Positions 50,136 to 59,012 of a DNA stretch of 64,000 nucleotides are shown here, piece after piece. The DNA comes from Rubripirellula sp. Its GTDB lineage: Bacteria; Planctomycetota; Planctomycetia; Pirellulales; Pirellulaceae. The notes under the pieces were generated by a model that worked only from the letters and a program-made list of their open reading frames with translations, ran no database searches and had not been told where the DNA came from. The DNA lies in assembly GCA_965216875.1 (NCBI GenBank), contig OZ244207.1, positions 3,136,001 to 3,200,000 of the forward strand, given 5' to 3'. Position numbers and translations under genes: made by a program. The first letter of the stretch is position 1. Every line of letters begins with the position of its first letter.

Positions 50136-50921
50136 ATGAGCAGCCCCAACAGCCATCCAGCGGACGAGTCGAACGCCGAACCCTGTGCCGTCATTTTGGC
50201 CGCAGGCAAGGGAACCCGCATGAAAAGCGAGCTCCCCAAGGTCCTTTGCCCGGTCGTCGATCGCCCGATGATCCACTTTGTCCTGGACGCTCTGGAAAAA
50301 GCGGGCATCCACCGCCAGATCGTGGTGGTGGGCTACCAGGCCGACGCCGTGCGAAGCGAGCTGGAAGGTCGCGGTGGCCAAATTGAGTTTGTTGAGCAGA
50401 CCGAGCAGCTTGGCACGGGGCATGCCGTACAGATGGCCCGCGAAGCCCTGCAGACGCAAACCGGACCGACGATCGTGGTCGCGGGCGACTCGCCACTGAT
50501 TCAATCGACAAGTTTGTCAAAACTGCTCGAGCACTTCCAAAACACCCAGCCGGCACTGTTGCTCGGAACTCTGAAAAAAGACGACCCCACGGGGCTCGGG
50601 CGGATTGTGCGAAACGATGCTGGCGAGTTTATTGGCATCGTCGAGGAAAAGGACGCGACCGAAGAGCAGCGTGCGATTGATGAAGTCAACATGAGCACGT
50701 ACCTGTTCAAGACGCCCGAACTCTTGTCAGCGCTCAACGACCTCAGCAGCGACAACGCTCAACAAGAGTATTACCTCACCGACTGTGCCACCATTTTGCG
50801 TGGTGCAGGTCGGCCGGTGGAAGCCTTGCCGGTGCTGCAGCCGTGTGAGTCACTGTCAATCAACAACCCTGACGAACTCAAGATCGTCGACGAAACGATG
50901 CGGACCATGGGCTATGCGTGA
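50136..50921 (+). CDS. glmU: GlmU-like uridyltransferase domain only (261 aa)
   Basis: ILAAGKGTRMKS, EQLGTGHAV, GRIVR, NAQQEYYLTD; no hexapeptide acetyltransferase domain; overlaps prs. Confidence 0.8.
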   Translation: MSSPNSHPADESNAEPCAVILAAGKGTRMKSELPKVLCPVVDRPMIHFVLDALEKAGIHRQIVVVGYQADAVRSELEGRGGQIEFVEQTEQLGTGHAVQMAREALQTQTGPTIVVAGDSPLIQSTSLSKLLEHFQNTQPALLLGTLKKDDPTGLGRIVRNDAGEFIGIVEEKDATEEQRAIDEVNMSTYLFKTPELLSALNDLSSDNAQQEYYLTDCATILRGAGRPVEALPVLQPCESLSINNPDELKIVDETMRTMGYA

Positions 50922-51864
50922 ACTGAAAATCTTCAGTGGTCGAGCCAACCCCGAACTGGCCGCAAAGATCTGTCGCCACCTGCACCTGGAACCTGCTGCG
51001 ATCACGCTGGGCAAGTTCCCTGACGGCGAGAACCAGTGCCGTTTGGACGAAGACGTGCGCGGCCGCGATGTCTTTCTGGTCCAACCGACCTGCCCGCCGG
51101 TCAACGACAATCTGATCGAATTGCTGATCATGATCGATTCGTGCAAACGGGCAAGCGCTCAGCGAATCACCGCCGTGATCCCCTATTTCGGCTACGCTCG
51201 CCAGGACCGCAAAGACGAGGGCCGCGTTCCCATCACCGCCAAGCTGGCCGCCAACATCATCACCCGCGCCGGTGCCGACCGAGTGCTGACGATGGATTTG
51301 CACGCTGCCCAGATCCAAGGTTTCTTTGACGCGCCGGTCGATCACCTTTACGCCGCACCCGTGCTTAACGACCACTTTCTCGAACGTGGATTGTCCGACG
51401 ACAAAATCGTTGTGGTGTCCCCCGATGAAGGAAGCATCAAGCGGGCCAGTGGTCACGCCAAACGGCTCAATGCGAAACTCGCGATTGTCGACAAACGTCG
51501 GCACGATGCATTGGAAGTCCGACAAAACACCATCATCGGCGGACCGGTCGAAGGCAAAATCGCACTGCTGTTTGACGACATGATCTCGACCGCAGGGTCA
51601 ATCTGTGGCGCAGCCGAATTGGTCCACGCCAACGGTGCGGCCGAAATCCACATCGCTTGCACGCATGGTGTCCTTTGCGGTCCCGCAATCGCGAAGCTAC
51701 GAAACACCAAAGTCGACTCGATCGTGACGACCGACACGATTCCGATTCCAGCTGAAAAACAGCTTCCCAACCTCGTTCAATTGACCGTCGCTCCCTTGCT
51801 CGCCGAAGCGATCAAGCGAATTCACCACGATCAATCGATCAGCGAACTGTTCCGCGAACGGTAG
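50914..51864 (+). CDS. prs: ribose-phosphate pyrophosphokinase
   Basis: FPDGE, PYFGYARQDRK, DLHAAQIQGFF, DDMISTAGS. Confidence 0.96.
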   Translation: MRELKIFSGRANPELAAKICRHLHLEPAAITLGKFPDGENQCRLDEDVRGRDVFLVQPTCPPVNDNLIELLIMIDSCKRASAQRITAVIPYFGYARQDRKDEGRVPITAKLAANIITRAGADRVLTMDLHAAQIQGFFDAPVDHLYAAPVLNDHFLERGLSDDKIVVVSPDEGSIKRASGHAKRLNAKLAIVDKRRHDALEVRQNTIIGGPVEGKIALLFDDMISTAGSICGAAELVHANGAAEIHIACTHGVLCGPAIAKLRNTKVDSIVTTDTIPIPAEKQLPNLVQLTVAPLLAEAIKRIHHDQSISELFRER

Positions 51865-51900
51865 GCTCAAGCGGGATGCCAGTCGCGGTAAGACGACACG

Positions 51901-52269
51901 ATGCCCAATCCCTACGAGCCGCCCGAAACAATCGCAAAAGAAGAAAGCTCGGCAAGCGTCGATGAATCGGCTCGGCCCTCGCTGATCGTGAAACTGGTGG
52001 TCGGCACGATCTTGTTTTTCCTGTTTGTCTTCTTCAGCCTCGGTACCTACCTGGCGCTCAACCCGGACGCGATCACCAGCGGAAACATCGCGCAGCGTCT
52101 CAATCCATCGCCGCCTCCTAAATATGGAATCGCCGCCGCATGGGCGCTTCTGTCGGCAATCGTCTTGGCGGCATTGGTTGCCTTGATCCGAGATACCATG
52201 CGGGCTCTCCAGTTGAGACTGGACGCTCGAGGACGCACTCGCGGCGGACGGCGACAGTCGAATCTGTGA
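51901..52269 (+). CDS. small membrane protein with N-terminal NPYxxP motif
   Basis: MPNPYEPP; two TM segments. Confidence 0.65.
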   Translation: MPNPYEPPETIAKEESSASVDESARPSLIVKLVVGTILFFLFVFFSLGTYLALNPDAITSGNIAQRLNPSPPPKYGIAAAWALLSAIVLAALVALIRDTMRALQLRLDARGRTRGGRRQSNL

Positions 52270-52435
52270 GTACGCTCATTCGAGCAATTCGTGTGATTCG
52301 TGGTTCCGCATCTTCCGCTGATACCGATTTCTTTCTCTTGCTTTGGCGGCTCGGATTTTCGTAGCGTCACCTCCCGTGGGTTGATGTTCAATCAACCCGG
52401 TGAAATCGCAGAGTTTCACACGGGGTTTCCGTGTC

Positions 52436-53287
52436 ATGTCGACGAGTCATTCACCGTCAAATTCGCCGCAACCGCGTCGGGTGACCTCAATCTTTGGCAG
52501 TCCGCAGATTTGCAAGACCGCCAACTTCCGCCTCACGAGCCTGCTATGGATGGCAGGAATCGCGTTGCTGATGGTCCCCTTGATGACGCTGGTCGACGTT
52601 CCCATCTCGCGCTGGTTCTCCAAAGACCCGCTACCGAGCGAGGTCGGCGATGCCCTCGACCTGATCATCATCTACGCACACGGCACCGGCATTTTCCTGA
52701 TCATGGTCGGGATCATTTTGCTTGCGCCACGGCGGCGCTGGCACGTGCCTCGGCTCGCAGCCCTCGCAATGGGCGGCGGTGCGGTCGCGACGATCACCAA
52801 AATGTTCGTGCTGCGACCAAGGCCCAACAGCCTGAACCTGAACATTGCCACCTACGACTACGCGTGGATCTGGTCCTTCGACTGGACGCTCGAACACGTC
52901 GCCTACTTTGATCCAAGCACACGCGCTTTCCCGAGTGCCTATTTGGCCACCGCGACGGCGTTGACCGTAGGACTGTGGGTAGCACTTCCACGTGGACGCT
53001 GGTTGTTCCTATCGCTTTGCCTGGCCACGATGGTGCAACGGCTCTATTGCGGTGCCCATTTCATGAGCGACCTGTTTGGCTCAGCCGCCGTTGGCCTTTT
53101 CTGGGGCTACGTCTGCTACCACCCGAATCTACTCGGCACCTTGTTCGACAAGATGGAGCCCGAGAAATCTCCTCGTCGACGCAGGATGGCCAGCCAACAG
53201 CAGGTCAAAGCTGAACCGGTTGGCGATACTGAGGATGAGACGCTCGATCAAGACGCGCCAGACAAGAGTGACCGAATCGCCGCGTAG
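52436..53287 (+). CDS. PAP2-family membrane phosphatase-like protein
   Basis: KMFVLRPRP, FPSAY (canonical PSGH altered), QRLYCGAHFMSD. Confidence 0.8.
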   Translation: MSTSHSPSNSPQPRRVTSIFGSPQICKTANFRLTSLLWMAGIALLMVPLMTLVDVPISRWFSKDPLPSEVGDALDLIIIYAHGTGIFLIMVGIILLAPRRRWHVPRLAALAMGGGAVATITKMFVLRPRPNSLNLNIATYDYAWIWSFDWTLEHVAYFDPSTRAFPSAYLATATALTVGLWVALPRGRWLFLSLCLATMVQRLYCGAHFMSDLFGSAAVGLFWGYVCYHPNLLGTLFDKMEPEKSPRRRRMASQQQVKAEPVGDTEDETLDQDAPDKSDRIAA

Positions 53288-53290
53288 CCC

Positions 53291-53382
53291 CGTGAGCCGA
53301 ACGCAATGTTTGTAGAACCGCCTTCAGGCGGAAGATTCCGGCTAAAGCTCGGGACTACGAACCGTTGAGATCGCGGCTCACG
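53291..53382. repeat. nested REP cassette (CGTGAGCCG...CGGCTCACG around GTAG...CTAC)
   Basis: Outer arms at 53291 and ~53374; inner gtagaaccgccttcaggcgg...gggactac at 53312-53358. Confidence 0.6.
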
Positions 53383-53394
53383 ACATCAGCTGCT

Positions 53395-53598
53395 CTAGCG
53401 TTGTTCGCGGTAGGTCACCCAGCTCATGTAGATCATTGCAGCACCGAGCACAATGAACGTGATGTTCATGAGGGGTTTGGTGTATCCAAGCGGCGCGATG
53501 TTCGTCATTCCGGCCATGCCCATCGCGGCATCAAACAGGAACAGGACGACGATCAAAATCGACGCCACAAGGCTGGTCAGACAGAGAGCCTTGGGCAT
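53395..53598 (-). CDS. small two-TM membrane protein
   Basis: MPKALCLTSLVASILIVVLFLFD...; fills the intergenic gap. Confidence 0.65.
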   Translation of the reverse strand: MPKALCLTSLVASILIVVLFLFDAAMGMAGMTNIAPLGYTKPLMNITFIVLGAAMIYMSWVTYREQR

Positions 53599-53792
53599 CA
53601 AAAACCTCGTCGAAAAGCAGCGGGGAGAAGAGACGACAGTGAAGTAAACACAGTTGTTGGGTCGCAGTATAGTTGCTAACTGCCGTGTTTCCCAAGCCTA
53701 CGGGCAATCGCTAGATTATCGAGACTGGAAAAAGTCACATTTGTAGCGATTAATCCGGGGATTCCAACATGCTAGGGGACTCAGAGGACAGT

Positions 53793-54986
53793 ATGTCAGC
53801 CGCAGCCGAGATTTCAACGGGCGACGATTCGCTCGAAAAAACACCCTGGCGGTGGTGGCGGGATCGGATGCCGGTGACCGCAAAATGGGCCTATTTCGAC
53901 CACGCGGCGGTCGCCCCGCTGTCTCAGCCCGCCGGCGACGCGATCGCCCAAATGACCGACCAAGCCGTCCACATGGGCGACACCGTTTGGCCAGAATGGG
54001 CGGCCAAGCAGGACGCATTGAGAACCGGGTTCGCCGAGCTGACGGGGGCCCCCACGGGCGACATTTGTCTCGTCCCCAACACCACGACGGGCATCAACCT
54101 CATTGCCGAGGGTTGGCCTTGGAAGCCCGGAGATAGCGTTGTTTTGCCCGAGGGCGAGTTTCCAAGCAATCTCTTCCCATGGCTCAACCAGCAATCACGC
54201 GGCGTCGAGGTGAGGCTGGTCCCGCGTCGCGAGGGAGGTGAAGTCCTTGTCGAAGATCTGATCGACCACTGTGATGCGACCACTCGGATCATCTCGGTCA
54301 GCTGGGTGGGCTATGCGAGTGGTTTTCGCATCGATGTCGATTCACTGGTCAAGCAAGCCCACCAGCGAGGGATCGCGGTGTTTCTTGACGCAATCCAGGG
54401 CCTCGGAATCTTCCCAATTGATTTAAGCGAGACTCCGGTCGATTTCTTGGCTGCAGATGGGCACAAATGGTTGCTCGGCCCGGAAGGGGCCGGCGTGGCG
54501 ATCATTCGCAAGGCCCATCTGGATCGACTGCGCGCGGGCAACGTCGGTTGGGCGAGCGTCAAGAATTCTTTCAACTACGCTTCCCCGACCTTCGAGCTCC
54601 GCGGCCAAGCCTCACGTTTCGAAGGTGGTTCAGCCAATCTGCTTGGCATGGCGGGCCTCGCCGCGAGTCTCGAGATATTCTTGCAGGTCCGCCGCGTGCA
54701 CGGCGCCAACGCGATCGGCGAGCGCGTTGTGGATCTGGCGAGCCGGCTGAGCGATCAACTGCAGGCCGCTGGGGCGGAGAGCCGCTTTCCGACTGCGGAA
54801 GACCACCAAAGCGGAATCGTCACGTTCAATGTTCCTGGGGTCGAGGCGGCCGAGGTGCGTCGGCGTGGGCTTGAGCAGCACGTCGTTTTGAGCTGCCGAG
54901 ACGGGGGCGTCCGGGCGGCGATTCACGCCTACAATAATGATGACGATCTCGACCGGTTGATTTCACTCGTGAAGTCGCTGAGCTAG
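53793..54986 (+). CDS. class V PLP-dependent aminotransferase (cysteine desulfurase/lyase superfamily)
   Basis: YFDHAAVAP, NTTTG, DAIQ, ADGHKWLLGP (PLP Lys), RAAIHAYN. Confidence 0.88.
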   Translation: MSAAAEISTGDDSLEKTPWRWWRDRMPVTAKWAYFDHAAVAPLSQPAGDAIAQMTDQAVHMGDTVWPEWAAKQDALRTGFAELTGAPTGDICLVPNTTTGINLIAEGWPWKPGDSVVLPEGEFPSNLFPWLNQQSRGVEVRLVPRREGGEVLVEDLIDHCDATTRIISVSWVGYASGFRIDVDSLVKQAHQRGIAVFLDAIQGLGIFPIDLSETPVDFLAADGHKWLLGPEGAGVAIIRKAHLDRLRAGNVGWASVKNSFNYASPTFELRGQASRFEGGSANLLGMAGLAASLEIFLQVRRVHGANAIGERVVDLASRLSDQLQAAGAESRFPTAEDHQSGIVTFNVPGVEAAEVRRRGLEQHVVLSCRDGGVRAAIHAYNNDDDLDRLISLVKSLS

Positions 54987-55036
54987 CGCCGCCGCTGGCA
55001 CTTTTCTTCCTCTGAACTCGCTTCGAAAGCCCATCG

Positions 55037-55537
55037 ATGTCCAACCCACGCGTCGCCGTCTACACCGGATCGTTCGACCCGGTCACGCTGGGGCATCTGC
55101 ACATCATCCAACGTGCCGCGCCGCTATTTGACGACTTGGTCATCGGAATCGGCATCAACGCTGACAAGCGTGCCCTGTTCGATCCCGAGCAACGGGTCGA
55201 GCTCGTTCGTCTTGTCACTGGTGAATTGAGCAACGTGCGAGTGGAGATCTTTACGGGCTTGGCCGTCGACTTCGTCAAGGGTCTCGAGGCGCGCGTGATG
55301 ATTCGCGGGATTCGACCGCTTACCGACATCGCAGGTGAATTCACCATGATGATGGCCAATCACCAGCTCGACCCAAGCATCGAAACGCTCTTCTTGATGG
55401 CTGACGAGCGATTCGCGCACGTCAGCAGCAGCCTGTTGAAGCAAATCGCCGCCCTCAGTGACGACGACGAACAACTAGCCAAGTTTGTGCCAAGAGAGAT
55501 CATCGCTCCGCTTCGCGAGCGACTCAGCAGCAAGTGA
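55037..55537 (+). CDS. coaD: pantetheine-phosphate adenylyltransferase
   Basis: YTGSFDPVTLGH, IRGIR, VSSSLLK. Confidence 0.95.
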   Translation: MSNPRVAVYTGSFDPVTLGHLHIIQRAAPLFDDLVIGIGINADKRALFDPEQRVELVRLVTGELSNVRVEIFTGLAVDFVKGLEARVMIRGIRPLTDIAGEFTMMMANHQLDPSIETLFLMADERFAHVSSSLLKQIAALSDDDEQLAKFVPREIIAPLRERLSSK

Positions 55538-55560
55538 TCAAACGGGTTCGCTTGGCAACG

Positions 55561-56850
55561 TCAAACCTTATTCAGAATCTCGCGCACATCCATGACATAG
55601 ACTTGCCGGCCGCCGTCATGGGGACTGTCGACGGCGACAAGGGTGCCGTCGTCGCTTGATCTTGGGTGCGTGTCGCATCGCCACTCTCCACGGTAAGGCT
55701 TCGGGGAGGGAAATCGACCGAGATCAAATCGTTGGCCACTCGGCACGTGATACAGGAAAACGGTTTGCCGCGACGTCCGGTCAGGATAGGTGTCGTTCAG
55801 AATCCAATCGCCGTAGGGCGCCGGAAGATAAGTGTTGTGCCCATTGGTGGGCATCTTGTCCTGACCGACTGGAACGACTTTTCGCGTCTTGTCAGTAAAA
55901 CGATAGAAGCCGTTTTTCTCTCCCGCAGGTCGTGTCCACATGGTTACATCGACATCGTCTTTCCAAATGAAGTGCGACGTGTACCCTGACGGGTCAAGAA
56001 CATAGCGGTCCGTACCATCGACGTTGGCCGTGATCATCCGCGTGACAAACCCACCCTGGTACTTCAGTGTTTTTGGGTCGAACTTCGGTCGATAACGGTG
56101 CAAAACAATGAAGCGGGTTCCCGATGGATTGATCAACAGGTGGTTGAAGTAGTGCCAAGCTTCCTCGTGTTTGCTGCCATCGGGCCATGCGATCTTTGCA
56201 ACGTCCGCCAACGAAAGAATCAATTCGTCGCGTCCGGTCTTCAGGTCGACGCGCCAAATCCCCGACTCCTCGGGCGCTCGCTGATCCACATAGGGATCGG
56301 CTAAACCGTCATACCCATACCCTGGACGCAAATTGTCGATGCGTCGAAAGTCGGCGGACAAACCAAAGGATCCATCACGTGAAACGGTGTAGATGGGGCG
56401 GGGCAGGGTGCGTGTTTGTTGATCGCCGAAGGAGTGAATTCGGGAGACAAAAGCGTCACCCTCGCGATCATTCCACAGGATTTTGTCACCACCGGCGCCA
56501 ACCCATTGCAACATGCAACCTTGCTGCCATCCCCACGCATGGCTCTGGCCAACCTCGACCCACGCATCGTGATTGCCGGTGTCAACGTAACCGACCTTGA
56601 TCGAATCCTCGCCCGTAGGTGTGCGTCCCTCGAATGCGATTTGATTCGCGAGCACGTATCGATTGTCGGGACTGAATTCTCGCTTGTCGTAGTAACCGAA
56701 CCAATGGTTGAGCGGACCGCGAGTGATCGCGCGCGTCGGCACGAACGTTTCAAGTGGCCCCGTTTCCGCTGCAAAAGATTGTCGAGAAAAGAACGTGCCG
56801 GCCGTGGATGCAGCGGCAATTGCGAGACATTGTCGGCGCGAACAATGCAT
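55561..56850 (-). CDS. Tat-exported beta-propeller-like hypothetical protein
   Basis: SRRQCL twin-arginine signal; HWFGYYDK, WQQGCMLQW, RCDTHPR. Confidence 0.65.
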   Translation of the reverse strand: MHCSRRQCLAIAAASTAGTFFSRQSFAAETGPLETFVPTRAITRGPLNHWFGYYDKREFSPDNRYVLANQIAFEGRTPTGEDSIKVGYVDTGNHDAWVEVGQSHAWGWQQGCMLQWVGAGGDKILWNDREGDAFVSRIHSFGDQQTRTLPRPIYTVSRDGSFGLSADFRRIDNLRPGYGYDGLADPYVDQRAPEESGIWRVDLKTGRDELILSLADVAKIAWPDGSKHEEAWHYFNHLLINPSGTRFIVLHRYRPKFDPKTLKYQGGFVTRMITANVDGTDRYVLDPSGYTSHFIWKDDVDVTMWTRPAGEKNGFYRFTDKTRKVVPVGQDKMPTNGHNTYLPAPYGDWILNDTYPDRTSRQTVFLYHVPSGQRFDLGRFPSPKPYRGEWRCDTHPRSSDDGTLVAVDSPHDGGRQVYVMDVREILNKV

Positions 56851-56994
56851 GATGACTTTCAATTCAAAGGTGGGAAGTGTTGGTAGGAGCCGACCAGTAT
56901 AACTTCCCGCTAGGCGATGCTTCCAGCTTACGACACGCGTTCGGTGCCGCGCCGAATGACCTCAACGATCGCAAGCTGAAAGACGCCACCTATG

Positions 56995-57058
56995 AAAAAA
57001 ACACCATCAGGCCGAGGGTCTGCCGGGGCACTGCAGACATCTCAGACCTGATGGCGTT
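56995..57058 (-). terminator. long imperfect hairpin plus U-tract downstream of flgK
   Basis: aacaccatcagg...cctgatggcgtt with inner gtctgc/gcagac stem; A7 run on + strand reads U7 on - strand. Confidence 0.5.
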
Positions 57059-57184
57059 GGCTCACTTAAAGACGCGTGAAACGGCGCAATGACCGCCGCG
57101 TTTTTTTGAAAAACGTGATCTTGCCGTTTTGCCTACGCAAGAACCGGCGACGCAACGAACGAAAGGTTGCGAAGAAAAGAACGC

Positions 57185-58873
57185 CTAGAGAGCGACGAGG
57201 ATCTCGAGCATTTCACTCGCTGTCGAAATCACCCGCGAAGAAGCTTGAAAGGAACGCTGATAGGCAATCATGCGAATTGATTCTTCGTCAATGTTCACAC
57301 CCGTGATCGCCAAGTGCTGACTCTGCAACGTTGCGTAGAAGTTGCGAAGTCCTTCCGTGGCACTGGTCTGCAGATTGATTTGCTGACCGAGAACTGCCAC
57401 AGCGTCTTCATAAGTCTTGCGTACCGACCCGCCGCCCAGATGGTCCAGCGGGCGGTCAACCAAATCGATCATGTCGGTCAGCACATCGGTGTCTTCCCCG
57501 ATTCCCGTTCGACTGACCGCCAAGTAGTCCGCGTTCTCTTGAAGCAACGGGTTAACGGCGATATCGACCGTGCTGCGTCCGACAAAGAACGTGTTGATCC
57601 CCATCGCGGCAAGAAAGTCACTGGTGTCGTCGGCGAAGGTAATCTGCGCGGTCGGTGAATCGGACGTGATTTCCAAGCGTCCGGAACTTGAAACCGAAGC
57701 CGAGATCCCATTGATCGCGTCAATGTCCGCCGCGATCGAATTCAGCGTCGAGTCGGTTACCTGCCCGAGCCTGCGGACGTTGATGCGGTGGTTCGAAATC
57801 ACGAGCCCGTCGACGTCAACAAGGTTGATGTCGAATGTTCCATTTTCCGGAACCCACGGGAGCCCCGCATCCGCGAGCGGAACGCCTGGTTCGCCGACGT
57901 TGGCGGAAATAATCTCTGAGTAACCCTTGCGGCCCTGACCTTGCGCGTGAACCTCGTTCACTGCGCGAATGAGCGCCGTCCCAATCTCATCAACATTGTC
58001 GATGAAGCCGCCGAAGATCTCATCCCGCGCTTGGACGGTGGCCGCCAGAGTACCGCCGGTGACTTCGAGAGGTGAATCCGTTTGAATGATTCGAACCTCG
58101 TTGCCGCCCGCGTCATTGTCGTACGCGGTATAGACTTCGCGGTGGATCCCGTTGCTGACCAGAAAGTCACCGCCCACAAAGACAGCGACCGAACCGCTCT
58201 CTTGCTCTTGAATGTTGATGGAGACGTACGAACTGAGTTCTTCCAAATCTTGCAGGCGTTGATCGCGAAGCCCCGCGGCATCGCTGTGAACCAAACCGCC
58301 CCCTTCGATGGTCGCGATCTGCAAATTCAACCGTGCAATCCGCTCAATCAGTCGATTGATCTCGGTGGCGATATTATCGAGGTCGCCATTCCACGACTCT
58401 TTACGATCAATGACCTCCTCGCGCGTCCGCTTCAGGTTGGTCGCGAGGGTGTCACCCTGAAGAATCACGAAGTCTCGCAGCGAAGAATCGTTTGGTTGGC
58501 CGGCCAGTTCGAGCAGAGCGTTGTTGAATAGCGAGAGTTGTTGATTCAGCCCCGAGTTGTCCAAGTCCGTCGTCAACTCCTCGAGCTGCGAATAGGCTTT
58601 GTCGAGTGTTTCGCCTCCGGACATCGCTGTTTGCGCCGCAAACATCCGTTCGGCCAGGGCTTTGTCGACCGCTTGGGTGATCCCAATCGCTCGAACGCCG
58701 TGGCCCTTGATGAGATTCCCGTCACGAACAGCCTCGGCAGGAACCAATTCAAGGCTTTGCCGAATGTAGCCAGGGGTGTTCGCATTGGCGATATTATTGC
58801 CAACCACCTGCAGACCGATTTGCGAGGTCTGCAGTGCCGCGGATGACTGTTGAATTGTGCCCAGAAGGCCCAT
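57185..58873 (-). CDS. flgK: flagellar hook-associated protein 1
   Basis: GNNIANANTPGYIRQ; LRDQR; GVNIDEE..MIAYQRSFQASSRVI. Confidence 0.92.
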   Translation of the reverse strand: MGLLGTIQQSSAALQTSQIGLQVVGNNIANANTPGYIRQSLELVPAEAVRDGNLIKGHGVRAIGITQAVDKALAERMFAAQTAMSGGETLDKAYSQLEELTTDLDNSGLNQQLSLFNNALLELAGQPNDSSLRDFVILQGDTLATNLKRTREEVIDRKESWNGDLDNIATEINRLIERIARLNLQIATIEGGGLVHSDAAGLRDQRLQDLEELSSYVSINIQEQESGSVAVFVGGDFLVSNGIHREVYTAYDNDAGGNEVRIIQTDSPLEVTGGTLAATVQARDEIFGGFIDNVDEIGTALIRAVNEVHAQGQGRKGYSEIISANVGEPGVPLADAGLPWVPENGTFDINLVDVDGLVISNHRINVRRLGQVTDSTLNSIAADIDAINGISASVSSSGRLEITSDSPTAQITFADDTSDFLAAMGINTFFVGRSTVDIAVNPLLQENADYLAVSRTGIGEDTDVLTDMIDLVDRPLDHLGGGSVRKTYEDAVAVLGQQINLQTSATEGLRNFYATLQSQHLAITGVNIDEESIRMIAYQRSFQASSRVISTASEMLEILVAL

Positions 58874-59012
58874 CGGAAACCCCTCCCGTAGAATCGGGCG
58901 CGCACCACACGGCGCGCATAATCCGATCCTTCATCCATTGATTCGACCATCCCAACCGGCACAATCCACAAAATCAGCCAACTTTGCCATCTTCCGTACG
59001 GGGGAATCATCG

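Noticed and set aside
53793..54986. Selenocysteine lyase/SufS linked to the selenoprotein
   Set aside because: Lacks the RxGHHCA or SSGSAC catalytic Cys loop and lies 9 kb away; only a generic class V call is supported
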